Below the pieces are notes generated by a model. It was not told where the DNA came from and made no database searches. It saw only the letters and a program-made list of their open reading frames with translations. Source: Bigelowiella natans CCMP2755 (taxonomy: Eukaryota > Protista > Cercozoa). Taken from it: DNA of 64,000 nucleotides. The position numbers and the translations under genes are program-made. Positions 1 through 13,566 of this stretch are shown here, in pieces (position 1 is the first letter of the stretch; every line of letters begins with the position of its first letter). Location: NCBI GenBank assembly GCA_000320545.1, contig ADNK01000157.1, positions 74,828-138,827 on the forward strand, read 5' to 3'.

Positions 1-3000
1 AGAGCTCAGCTTCTGCGCAAAGGAGAGGTTAGGCTTGAGCACTGTACTCCTCGATAGATCGCCATTGCCATCTGCACGTTGTTGTTGTTGATGTTGTCGT
101 TGTTGTTGTTGCCCTCCAAATAGCCCCTCCACGAACGATGACTGAGAAGTAGTAGCAGCAGTAGCAGAGAAGAGGGGTGTGGTGAGGAAAACAGCAATTT
201 ATCATCGCTGGGGGAATGTCGACACGAATACTTACGTCTCGTAGAAGAAGAGCAGTCTCAGGAACGACCACACGGCAACCACTACCAGCAATACACAAAT
301 GATGAGAAGGATGATGATAGCGATGATAAAACTAATAATCAGCGTCGTGTATTAGCTGCAGGATCCCCATCACCATCAACATCAGCTTCATCATCATTAT
401 TATTAGCATTATTCATCGCCGTAGACACGGTCGACTTCATAGCTGGCCATGTAATCGTCGCACCTTTCCACTAAACTCCTCGCTACGTGCGCCATCAAGG
501 CGCCATCATCCTTTTTGTCATCGTCCTAGTAGTACAAGTCGATTGATTACGAATTTATATGATAATTTTAATTTGGTGTGGGGAGGGGGGGTGTATCAGA
601 TAGGCGGGCCACTCACACAGACAAATCAATACCTTTTCATCTTGACTCGTTATTATCAATGGCTTTGTGCTTTTGCTTCTCTTCCTCCCGCCTCCACGAG
701 ACCCGACGAGTCTGAGTGAAGCAGATAGCAATGCGATGCACGGCGACGGGGGAGGAGTAGCAGCGTTGCCTTTCTCATCATCGTCATTCTCATCGTCATC
801 ATCGTCGGTGTTGATAGAAGACGAGACAGATGAGAAGAACTCTCTGACCTTCCGTTTGACCTACAAGAGAAGGTGGGGGGGAGGGGAGCAGGATACAGTA
901 GGACGACGAACCTTTTGATCAGAGGATGTATCACTATCATCAAACACATACACACATGCATGCATGCATTATCATCGTTCTCGCTATTCTCATCGAAATC
1001 TTCGCATCTCTCCCATCGCCGCTGCAATGAATGATCTCGGAGGAGGAATACCTTCTCAATACCGCCGTCGCGCTGAATCGAAGCGAAGCCCATTCGTCGT
1101 GATTCCCAGACGATGCTGCTACTGGCGCCATTGCTGTCATCGTCCGCACTTAGCTTCTTCTTCTTCTCCTCGTCTTCTTCGTTGTTGTTGAGGATCTTGT
1201 TCTTGACGTATCCGTTGTGCGTCTTTTCACATCCATGCTCCAGGAACAAACACGCTCTGACATAGTAATAAAATATATATATGGTGGCGATGGCAGCAGC
1301 AGAGAGGGCGTGCTTCTTCTTCTTCTTCCTTCATCTTCCTTTTCTTCTTCTCCTTCTTCTTCTCCTTCTTCTCTCCTATTTTTTTTTTTCCTTCAACTTG
1401 AGATCGAACACTCAATCAACAAGATTCCCCCCCTCCCCCGATTTACAAACAATGAATGTCCATGAATTCGCACCTGACAGCTGGGTGGGTGACATGGCCA
1501 AGGACGATGCGTCGATATATCTCTTCTTCACCGTAGGCGTACCCCATCCCACATCCTGATGACGATATGTGAGGATACACGTTAGGAGGAGGAGGAGAAA
1601 GATTAAGAAGAAAGTGAAGAGAACAGAGGACCGCAAGAAGAAGAACAAGAGAGGATCTGCTGCTGCAATTCGCTACAATTTATGTATCTATCATTTGTGT
1701 TCAGCTACAGAGAGTGGAAGATCAAGCAGCATAATGCCAACTTTTAATATACTCATTATTAAAAAACATCAAATTATAAACAGCGCTAGAAGGTACAAAT
1801 TCGATTTCCATAATCATCAGGGTCATGTTAGTTACCTTTCACCTCAAATCACACACACAAACATACACACACACGCACACACACACACACCAGTATGTAT
1901 CAGATATTCATCCTATATATGGCCGTGACCTTCCGTATGTGTCAGAGCCACAAATCGGTCTATTACCACCCCTTTGCTCTTCTTCTTTGTTGATTTCTTT
2001 TCCGCCTCTACTTCGGCATTCAGGTGCTCTGCGATAAGCCCTGCACAGAAAAGACGTTTGTGGGTCGTGTGCTTAACATGATGCACTTGCTGACGAGAAG
2101 TTTTCGATACATATTTACTTAATTTTGATCATTCTTATAATTATTCATTTGACTATTATTGCTATTATTATCATCATAAATTGTTATTAGTAGTTCTCCT
2201 GACTTGCTATTTGTCCAGAGCAGAGGCTCGTCGGCATAATCAGGCCGATCTTCTCAAGAGAAAGAAGGGGGACGGGGCTAGAAGCAGCAGCTGAACCCGA
2301 ATGCCTTCCTTCCTCCTTCTCCTCCATGATATCCTTGCTACCACCGCTCTGACTTCGTTTGGTGCTTGTTGTAGTAATAGTTATTGGGCTAACGGCGCGC
2401 TCCCTGAGCACCTCCTTCACGGCAAGGGAGAGGTTTGGGTGAGCACCTGAAGATGGATTTGATAATGATGATGATGATGATGATGATGATGATGGTATCG
2501 CTGATGACGACTCCAAAGAAAAATGTACGAAGCGGAATGAAGGTGGCAGCAATGTGGCATTTGTTCTCCGCTCGACTGTCCGCACTGTGTTCTCTTCATT
2601 GACAAATTCGAAGATCGAGCCTACTCTCCCTACACTATCACTTCCTCCCCCCCCCCGCACGACGACGACGACGATAATGATAGTGATGGTGATGATGAGG
2701 ATGACTGATTAGTTGTCGTCTACCTGATTGTGCCCAGTTTCGCCATATCGACACCTGCGAGTGGAACGCTAACTCCCCCTTTGTTGCACCCCCAGAGGCC
2801 ACCCGGACGATGTCGTCAAAGAGCTCTTTGCCGAGGTCGGAGAGCTTATGGCCTTCCTGATACCGGCCCGCGTTGAAGTCCATGTCGGAAGACAGCAGCG
2901 CGTAGCGCCTACTGGTCGTGAGGATCTTGATGGTCGGGACGAACGGGAAATTGGTGATTGAGCCATTGCCGGTTACGAACAAGATCAGATTGCATCCCGA

Positions 3001-4557
3001 GGCAACCTGGCCAGCGATTGACTCCAAATCATTGCCCGGAGAGTCCATGAAGTAGTACCCCCTCTCTGCCATCGCTCGGTAGGAGGCATATTCGATTACA
3101 CCGTCGAGCCTCACATCAGCGTGCTTCTTCTTCGCCGCACCGAGCGACTTCAACGCGATGTTATACAGCCCCCTGAGATTGTTGCCGCCGGATGGGTTGG
3201 CCTCGGCCGTTTGTCCGTGCCAGGACATGCGCTCCTTGAACCGCTCCACACACGCTTGAAAATTACGCGCCGTCTCCATACTCTTCACCCTGCGGAGAAT
3301 GTAGGATTCGGCCCCAATCAGCTCGTCCGTCTCGGCCAGCAAGGCCCTTCCTCCATTCTCGATGATGTACTTCGATGCCCACCCTGCTATCGGATTGCCA
3401 GAAACCCCTGAGAAGGCGTCGCTTCCTCCGCACTGAAGAGCCACAGTCAGGCCAGAAAGCGGACATTTCTCACGAGCGCACCCAGAAAGCTCTTTCTGCC
3501 AGCTTTCCAATATGCCGATGCACGTTTTGAAAGATTTCCGGTACGATTCACCTTCGCTTGACAAGGAGCCATTGTTGGCGTCGTCGTTATCCATCAGGCT
3601 GTGAAACTGGATGTCTTCACCAGGAAGGAGGGGCATTTTGTGGACCTCTTTGCCTTCTCGAACAATATCCTCACCCCTCAATGTGTCCATCTTGCCTTTG
3701 TCGATGATCAGGCACTTCGCCACATTCTGGTGACAGCAGAACGCAGCAAGCGTTCGAACCAAGATATCGTGGTTATTTCGTCCTGCGCTCTCGGTGTGCG
3801 CCACAGCTACAACCATCGGATGGTCCATGGTATCACTACCTTGTGCGCCAATCTTAGAGCGATCCTCCTCCCAAAAATGGCCTTGGAGCGCGTTCACAAA
3901 GGGCGAGGACAGAGCAGTTGCTGCCATAACCACTATATAATTCCTTGTTCCGTACAGCCCTTTGCGTCCTCCCTTCCGAGGATACCCCATAAAGAACCCA
4001 CCTCCCCCATTATTCTTGTCTACCAAAGCCACTTGCTCCGTTATTTTCGCATCCTTCAGCTCGTAACTCGCCACAACGTCCTCGAAATTGGGGGTCTTAG
4101 GGATATCTGTTATGCCCCAGTTCGTGAGCGACACGAGCATCCTCTTGTTGCAGAGGTACTCCCCCGCTTGGACGCCATCTTTCGCGGTAATCTTACCAAA
4201 TGGCAAACCCCAGGACAGAATTTCGGTTCCAAATGGGAGCCATTTTACAGCAAATCGGTGTCCGACTAAGATTTTGGTCTTGATGACAATGCGTCTCAGA
4301 GATTGCGGTTCCGCGCCTTCTCCTTCGCCGCCTCCTCCCTTCCTTAAAAGCACTGTCCCTTGCCGAATTTCTGACGTCGCAATGGCGCAGTTGTCTCCCT
4401 GTTCAGGGAACATCGCCACTCTGTCGAATCCGAGCTCTGGGTCACCACCACCACCACCACCGCCACCTTCCTCATCACCGTCACCCCGCATAACCTTCTC
4501 TTCGTCGTCATACGCGATGGCAACCCTCTCCCGCCTTCGGTGGTGTTGCTGCTGCAT
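1..4557 (-). CDS. UxaA/GarD family (altronate/galactarate dehydratase-like) protein, long form with partially duplicated C-terminal half; multi-exon, 3' end beyond window start
   Basis: Large first exon (about 4557-2724) has a SAF-like N-terminus (DNCAIA...GHRFA...SWGLPFG) and the family motifs LQCGGSDAFSGVSGNP, AETDELIGAE, NPSGGN..GLYNIALKSLGA and FMDSPGNDLESIAGQVASGCNLILFVTGNGS. Downstream spliced exons give IGLIMPTSLCSGQIA, RFVALTHTEG|CG, FLEHGCEKTHN and FASIQRDGGIEK, and the frame is still open at base 1 (KPNLSFAQKLSS). Start chosen at MQQQ; MRGDG is an alternative. Confidence 0.85.
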
Positions 4558-4565
4558 CGTCGTTG

Positions 4566-4621
<56 letters not shown>

Positions 4622-4922
4622 CGTCCTGGTGTCCTGCCGGATAGAAAGATTTCAGCTGTGTTGCACGGAACGAGCACTGTTTCTCGAAATAGGCCTGGTT
4701 CTATCCCTGCGACAATGACAAATGAATGCGAATATGCGAAATGGAACGGCGTTTCATGGCTCAGGAACCACGGACAAGAACGACGACAGAGATAAGGAGG
4801 TGCACCAAAAGCGATAACCACGAAGTAAGTACACGTAGTGGCACTGAAGGCAAAGGAACATAAAAAAGGAAGAGGAGGAGGAAGAGAAGGAGGAGGAGGA
4901 AGAACACAAGTGATTGGAGTGA

Positions 4923-6162
4923 ATGGCAGACACACACGTGTCCTGCTCCTTTTCCCGCTCCGTCCTCCTTGTCCTTTTCGTCTTCTTCCTTCCCTATGAC
5001 CTGACTCCTCTTGTTCGTCGTGACGGCTACGGTTTCCTCCAAAATAGTAGTGGTAGCAGCAGCAGTAGTAGTGGCATCGAGGATGGGAACTTCCTCCGCC
5101 GCACCCGCAACAACCACCCGTTGAAACCGGGTTCTGCACTTGTACATGGACGGGGTAGAAATGCTGCAGCTCTGCCATTGGCCCCGAGGTGTAATCACGA
5201 AAACGTAGTATTTTTGGTGCTATTTGGGGGTGTTTATGATAATAGTAATATGTAGTAAGGGTGCTGCTAATTGCTGCTACTGTTGAGCATGCTGCTGCTG
5301 GCTCTGTAGGGCTCACAAACCTGTTTTGATCGATATTTGGTCTCCATTCAAAGGCGCTCGCTGCTGCTGCCTCGGAGCAGCCCAAGAGCGAGTGGCGCTA
5401 GATTGCGCGGAGGGGGTTACGATGACATGCCCGACACCATGGTATCAATATTAGTTTTTCACAAGAGTTCTGCCTGTCAACGACAGCTTGATATCGAGCG
5501 TTACATTTATAATCTCTCGGGGGTCCGATTAATAATTCAGGGATTATTCACGCTGCACGATGTTGGCGCGTACGCTTGGAAGGAGGACTGGCAACTGGTA
5601 TGCAGTATGATCAGCTGTTTGTAGCTCTCGTTCCTGTCTTTGATGTTGTTCGTACCCTTTTCACTGATCTTTAACAATCCCTTCATAGTGGGCACTGCCC
5701 CTTTCTCATATTTCATTCGGGTGATTGTTAGGAAGACGACCAAGCGTACATGGAGGTTTACATACTAGTCGATGACGACTTAAACCTGAGGGACTGCCAG
5801 GTGATAATCGTACCTCATTATCAAAGAAGGGATTCTAATCTACTCCATTTAAACGACGTTTTAATGAAGATGATAGTCGCAACTGTCGTGGAGAAATCAG
5901 CGTCCGCCACCATATGCGGTCTTTTGCTCGAGTTATCATCACTGAGAGAGAGCCTGTAATGCTATTTGTGCGCCTTGAAATGATCAGATTAAGTACGAAC
6001 CGTTTCAGCTTAGTGTGACGATCCGGGGGGAGCAAGTCCTAAGTAATAATACTGCCAAGATGGTGGTGGTGGTCGTTGTGCTGCTGATAATTGTGATAAT
6101 GATGATGATGATGCGACGACAGATGATGTGGTTTAATAACGCATGCTTTTGAGATATGTCGG

Positions 6163-6204
<42 letters not shown>

Positions 6205-6650
6205 TGTGTGTGTAGATGGGACTCTACGACATCGGATACGTCCAGACCTCTGTTGCCACGAAATCGATATTCTTTATGGGGTATTCATACTCACTCACTG
6301 TTTTACCTTTTGTCTACGAGTGAGTCATCTTCTGATGATAGCTATCGTTTGCATATGTGCGTCGCTGATGCATTCATTAGAACCGTGTCCGGAATGAGAA
6401 GTATCTCAACAAGAGATGCCTCTTCATTCAATTGGCAAAGTTTGAGTGGAAGGTGATCATGGCATTTCGGGAATAAGAGAAGCTAAAATGAACTAATAAT
6501 AATAATAAGATGATGATGATGGTGATGATGATGATGATGATAGTGACAGTGAAGAGTTTGACGAATTGATGTGGATCTCACCAGATTTGGAAAACACTTC
6601 TTGAGGACGAAGCTACGACGCAGGTGGATAACACAGATGATCTGCAATGA
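4923..6650 (+). CDS. CS (p23/NudC-like) domain protein with bipartite signal/transit leader; multi-exon
   Basis: Leader MADTHVSCSFSRSVLLVLFVFFLP...RLRGG. Short exons join to YAWKEDWQL|EDDQAYMEVYILVDDDLNLRDCQ|IKYEPFQLSVTIRGEQVLNGTLRHRIRPDLCCHEIDILYG|NRVRNEKYLNKRCLFIQLAKFEWK|IWKTLLEDE, matching the CS-domain pattern Y.W.....V.V.....G.L...I.PD....L.K....W..L. TGA at 6648-6650. Confidence 0.7.
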
Positions 6651-8047
6651 TGTCGTCATGCGTTGCATTGCCATAAGCTATCTGTCGTCAAAAGCATGTT
6701 AGTAGTAGTTGTAGTAGTAATAATGGTAGTAGTGATAGTAGTAGTAGAATAGTACTAGAATTAGTAGTACAAGTAGATTTGTTGACCAAAACGTGTCTTT
6801 CCGGTACAAAAAACGCACACGCACACGCACACTGCCTCTGCCTCTTTATGAACACGCCAATACGATAATTCCTTTAGACATACGACCAGGCCCACAACAT
6901 TACGAGTGAATATGAGTAGCTGCACGAGCGTGTGCGTGTGTGTGTGGGTGTCTTCAAAGCAGCACTGGGTCGCCAGTCACTTGATAATACAAGGCGAGAA
7001 GATATTATCACCCAGCACACAATTAGCTAGGTCACATGATGGATTGTAGCGTACGCACCTAGCATCAAGATACTCGCAAGCAAAAGAAGGCACCATCATG
7101 CAAAGATCCAGCATGCCCTGTTTCATGTGCGATGTATTGTCAACATACGCGTCGTGCGTAGCGTGCTGCATGCATGCGCTATATCCAGATGTCAGATGTT
7201 CTTGCCTCTCCTTCCTAGCTCCCCATACACTCATCATATACTAATCAACACGGCAACAACTATGTCACCCTTGTCTGCTAGCTAGCTAGTTGTGTCTACA
7301 TATATGACGAAACTAAGCCTAGCGCGTATATGCTGCAAACATTCATCGTTTAGTAAAAAAGTAATGGGATGATGAACGCCTGGAAGCCTCTCAGGTATAT
7401 AGCACATTGTCCGTTTCAAAGCCGCATAGATGAACGAGGCGCCACTACTGCAACAGCAATGTGCACACTGTGATGTCCAAACTTGCGTCTCACTATAGCT
7501 GATCGAAGATTAACAAGCTAGCAAGCTACGCTACATCGCATCGCGACATTTCAACCATGGCGGCGGTAAACGAGTATCACACGTTAAGGATACTGTATCT
7601 AGTTGGATGCATATTCATTGATACGGCGGTATGTACATGAACATATCACGCTAGAAACAATAGCTACGACTATGATGGCTGTGCGTGTTGTGTGGTCCAT
7701 ACATATATACAAAGCACAGCGATGGCGCGCGCTGTATCGTAATTGTATTGCTCGACCGACCACACACACATACGTAGACAGGTTTTCCTCTGCATGTCTA
7801 TGGATCAAACAGTGGAGCCTGATGTACTAGATGCGATCGATACATTTACGAATCTGAAGATTCCTTGCTGCGAATCAAATGTCTCATTGATGTTCATGTT
7901 ATTCTGAAATTTAAGCGTTTATGAGCTCCCACAATGCAACAATGTAATGTGACGCGAGAGGTGGTCATCATATACTGGATATATTGTGGGTTTTTTCTGG
8001 ACCAAGCTGCTGCATGAAAAAAAGACCACATGCTTTGCTGCTTGCAC

Positions 8048-8582
8048 CTATTTTCTGCCATCATCATCTTCATTCAATCGATCCACAAGTTCCCTCTTCC
8101 TCCCGGAGGCTGGGAGCCCTCTCTCCTTCAATAGGTCCTTCAACTGCGAAAGTAACAGATGCACGAACGAACAACGTCATCAGAGGATCAAAACGGCAAG
8201 AGACACGGGCTTTTCTTCTCCGGGGAAGGGTGATCAAAGACTTGTTAGTGATTAGTTTATTGTTATTATTCCTACGGACTTTGACTACAGTCATTTTCTC
8301 GTAGGACGCACTCTGCCCTGGGCCCGCCGGACTCTGCTGCTGCTGACTCTGCGGTGGGTTGTCGTTCCTTGATGATGTGCTCCTCCCATCCGGCCTCTTC
8401 TTCGACTGCTGAAACGCCGCACCACCCATTTTGGATTTATTTGCACGGCGAGCTTCTCTCGATGTTCGCCATCTATTGGCCTGTCCTTGACCGCTACTGA
8501 CTTCGCCGCCACCACCACCACCCGAAGCAGCTGTTCCACCGGCGCGGAAGCCCGATCCTCCCCTATAGATACATGTTATATC

Positions 8583-8616
<34 letters not shown>

Positions 8617-9185
8617 GTGATGATGGTGATGATATCGCTGGCGCTTGTTGTAGAACACCTCAAACATAATAGCTGGCTAACGTGTTTTTTTTAAAGTAGC
8701 GGTGAAACAGGCAAACACGATTTCCTCATTCGCTGTTAAGGGGAGGGAGAGGAGGGGACCGGTGGTTTATAGACGACGACAGCGATGACGATGACGATGA
8801 GGATAACCTTGCCAACGGCATTCTGCCTGGCCGTCTTGATGACAGTAGAGGAGTAGAGGAAGAAGAGGAAGAAGAAGAAGAAGAAGGTGCCTCATCTGCT
8901 CTTGTTGTACTCTTTGGGCTGTTTGACGAAGAAGAAGAGGAAGATGAACCTCCCCCACCACCTCCCCCACCACCACCACCTCCTCCTCCTCCTCCTCCTC
9001 CTCTAGGACCTCTTCTATGGCCGGCACTTTGTTGCAGCTCATATGTCTTCTTATAAGATTCACGCATTCGTTTCGCCTCCATCTTGTCGTCCATGGGGGC
9101 CTAGCAGGAAACAAATACACGACATCCGATTACACACAATCACAATCACAATCACGCAAACATGCATGCATAAATAGAGAGAGGA

Positions 9186-9230
<45 letters not shown>

Positions 9231-9966
9231 CAGAGAGAAAGAGCACTTCCATGTTGGTAAAACGGATATAAGAAACATGAAAATTGGTCTGAACACACTC
9301 TTATTATCATCACACAACAAAGCCACCAACGCAGCAGCATGCTATGTACGCATACAACATATGCACGCCGCCTCACCACCACTACCAGCACCTTAAGGAA
9401 TGGCGCCTTTTCTATGCGGGAGCCAGGATCCGGTCGCTTGTATTCATACATCCACGAGTCCTGGCCTTCAGCTTTCCAGTCAATGTTCCAATTCACGAAC
9501 ACCATCCTGTCTCGCGGCTCTAAGTCTGATGATCGGTTTGGTGGTTCAGAGTAGGATGATGATGATGATGATGATGACAACGACGATGATGATGATTATG
9601 ACGATGATGATTGTTTTGCACAGGGCAGCGAAAAAACAACTGTTCTCCTCTATGCTGCTGCTGCTGCTACTGCTACTACTACCACTTCACTAGTGTTTAC
9701 CAAAGCTTTGTCCCTTTGGGAAGGCAAGGCGGCGAATCTCGTGAATATCACGGAGTGACACGTTGTAGTTATACCAGTCTTCCAGCTCGACCTTGATGCG
9801 GTGCGAAGGCCATCCCTTCCGAGTGTACCCCTCCACGAGCCTTTTCAGCTCGCGCTTCGTCGGTGCGTCCCGGATGTTTCCTCTGGAGATGATTGTCAAT
9901 ATGAGGAGGGAGTTTACAGGAGGGGAGGGAGGGGGGGGGGCGTGCGTGCATAAAAGCACTCTCTCT

Positions 9967-10014
<48 letters not shown>

Positions 10015-10332
10015 TACCGAAGCTGCGGGTAGAGATAGTCCGGGATGGGAGCTTCCTCCACCTGATCCCACCATGGTTCCTTCCGCAGCATCGCTGTCTC
10101 CAAGTTAAAGCTGTATGCAGCTAACGGGGAGGATTCGTAAGGGGGGGGGGAGGGGGGCAAGGATGAATACAAGAAGCATCAGGATTGTGATTCGTCAAGT
10201 ATGGTCATCGATCCTCTCAGCTCCCTCATCCCCCTCAACAACGACGAAGACAGCAAATCGATGAATAGAAACAGGAAGTATCATAGCGTGCGGCTAAATG
10301 GTACTGCATGCTCCTCCTAGACCGACTGATCG

Positions 10333-10369
<37 letters not shown>

Positions 10370-12093
10370 TATAATATTTATACTTATGCTATCATCTATC
10401 TACACATCTTCTTCTCCTACCTTCTGGATCATCGTACTCGAAGTACTCGGGTATATCATCGATCACGTACGGATCGTCATTTTCGGGGATCTCTTCCACT
10501 TGCTCCAGCCCCTCCCCACCCCCCCCTCCCGTCCCATCGGTGTAGGTCGCTAACGTATAGTTTTGCTCGATACGGTCTCCACGGCTTTGATATGGCCTCA
10601 AGACGCCAGGCTTGTACTGCTGCTCCGGCTGTTGGTCTACTCCTCCAATAGAAGCGTCTTGTGCATTATCATGGGGAGGAGGGGAAGGGGGTGGAGGAGT
10701 GCCACTATCACGCTCCCCTGCCTCCTCCCTCTTCGAGCCGCTGCTATCATCCGCATAGTTTTGAATACTATTTCCTCCCCCACCAGTAGCAGCATCGTCC
10801 TCGAGCATATCTGGGGAATTGGTCACGGAGTCGTCCTCCGTTAGCTCAACCATTCTTCCATCGCTGGCCATCACTGGGCGACCTCCTTGGGTAGTGGTGC
10901 GGATAGGAGGAGGAGGAGGAGGAGGAGGAGGAGCTGATGCTGTTGCTTCTTCTCCCTCTTCTCCTCCCTCTGCTGATTGCGGCTCTTTTCGTCGTCGCCG
11001 CCGCCGCCGTTGGCGTCCGTTCTCACGCACAAGCGGATCAAGGGGACTGACACCTCGGATAGGCTCGGGCGCCTCCACCTGCTCTTTCAGCTCCCTCTCT
11101 TCCCAAGGCCCCCCGACCATTACGTCCGGAAACTCCTCGTCGAAGTCCATCGCATCCAATTCGTCCCTGATAGAGCCGACGATGCTCGCCACCTCCTCCT
11201 CGTCGACGTGCTCCTCCCGCTCCTCCTGGGAGATAGGCCGCGAAATCGTCGGCCCCTCAAACTCCCATTTGTCCATGCTGAAGAAAGACCCCTCCCCCTG
11301 CTCGTGCTCCTCTGAGGAATACTCGTCGTCGTATACTGGAATGTCGTCGTCGTCGTCGTCACCGATCAGTTCTTCCTTCGGTACCTCCCCCGGTCTCCTC
11401 CTCCTCTTCTCATCTCTCATTTGTCGCCGTTTCTTCGCGTCCCGGTCGATTAGGTAGTATGTTTGGATATCCTCCTTCTTCGGAGGACCTCGAATCTGGT
11501 CGCCGTCAAACGATCTGGGAACCTCAATCAGCACTGGCTGGATGCCCCGACGATGACGATGACGATGACGATGAGGACGAAGACCAAGCGCCTCCTCCTC
11601 TCGCCTTCGCTGCAGAACGTAGTAGGGAGACCACGACGAAGAAGATGACGCAGCGAGGGGGGAGGAGGCATGCCCGACCGGCATCGCGTGAGGGGAGAAG
11701 ATGGATGACAACGATGAGGAGGAGGTGAAGGAAGAAGAAGAAGAGACGCCCCCACGAGAGAATCGGTCAGGAAAGTGAGAGTTGATGATTTTTATGGTTG
11801 GGGACAAAGGGCCACGGGAAACAGATTTGCGAGAGAATCCTCTGTTTGTCTTCCTTGCTTCAACAGGCAGCTTACCTTCATCATTTGGACTACTTTGAGG
11901 TAGTATGGAGGCGTCGAAGTCATGCAAGAGAGGGGAGTCAGGGTCATCTCCTTGCTCTGCGGCAAGCTGATCGAAGATATCGTAGTCTGCTGCTGCTGCT
12001 TAAACGAGAGAGAAGACACCAGACGGAACAACGTATTATCACTTTAGAAGTAAAAAATTGATCGTGAAGCGAAATCAACAATGTACAAACACA

Positions 12094-12171
<78 letters not shown>

Positions 12172-12172
12172 C

Positions 12173-12205
<33 letters not shown>

Positions 12206-13535
12206 TCGCATCACATTGTAGGAAACGAGAGACGAAATGATCGTCATGATTATTTCTTATGTATGGGATGCACGAACATAGAGGAGGAGGAAGGTTGTCA
12301 TTATTTACATGTGATCTGCTGCGTAGAAAATACGACCACCACCGTCATCGTCATCATCATCATCACCACCAGTATCACTATCACCAGCACAGTCACCACT
12401 ACCTCCCTCTCCTTCGAGAATAGCCGTGATTTCTGTTTCGCCGTTTCCCTCCTCACCATCCTCCTCCTCCTCCTCTTGCTCCTGCTGCTGTTGATCCTCC
12501 CACTGCACACCGGGATTCGCAGCTACAAAAGCATCTGTCAGTCGCGCAACGAGAGCCGCCTTCGACCCGGACACGGGCAGCCCCTTCTCCCTGAGCCGCG
12601 TCTTTAGCTCTTTGATCGTCATCCACTCGAAGTCCTTCGGCGTCTCCGGCGTCTGGTTGGCCCTGCTGTTCTCCTCATCTACCGACAGCGACACTGTGGC
12701 GATTTGGCTGTCAAGCATCTCGATAGCCAGCCGGACGATGCCTTGCTCGTTCCAGGGGTAGGGGCGGGAGTCCATGGGGATGGTGGGGTCTTCCAGGTAG
12801 TCTCTGATGGCCTCGAGCTTGCGAACAGCTTTTGACGACGACGACGATGAAGAAGAGGAGGAGGAGGAGGAGGGGGAAGAGGACGACGAATCATCACGCT
12901 GCTGCTGGCCATCGCCCATCTCTTCCCCCCCGCCGCCGCCGCCGCCTTCCCTGTCCTTCATGTCCATGAACATCGTCTGGTTCATGCGGTTCTCGAGTTC
13001 CTGCAGTTTTCGGAGGACGAAGCTCTTCTGCCGACTCTCCGCCTGGCGCTTGCGCACGACCTCGATATCGGGCTGGATTAGGCGCTGGATCTCGGAAATG
13101 CGCTCCAGGGCGGCGTGTTGTGCGTCCTTGGCCCTCCACCGTGGATGCTCTAGTGCATCGATCGAGCGGATCCAGAGGGCTGCCTCCCGCAACTGAGCCT
13201 GCAGCTTGAAGAGGGGGTTGACGTTGTAAGGCACGATGACGAGGTGCGACCGATTTTGGAGGAGGGCGTTCACTTCGAGCTTCATCATCTCTCGGTGGAA
13301 CGCGCGAATCCGTCTGGGGTACCTGGGCGGCGTCACCTGGAGTGCCTTCAGGATGTCCTCCGTGCTGTCCGACTGAGACTGCAGCAGCGCGAGCGTGTCG
13401 GTCTCGCTCTGCTCTTCTCGCCACTGCATGTGCGATGATGAAAGGAGGGTCAAAATGTAAGGAGGAGGAGGAGGAGGAGGAGGAGGAGGAAGAGGAGGAG
13501 GGGGAAAAGGGGCAGGGATAGAACGTCAATGAGAT

Positions 13536-13566
<31 letters not shown>

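Noticed and set aside
4558-5385. N-terminal about 275 aa of the 915-aa ORF 2638-5385
   Set aside because: It runs through a (CT)n microsatellite and is antisense to the first exons of the CS-domain gene; it is a chance open frame.
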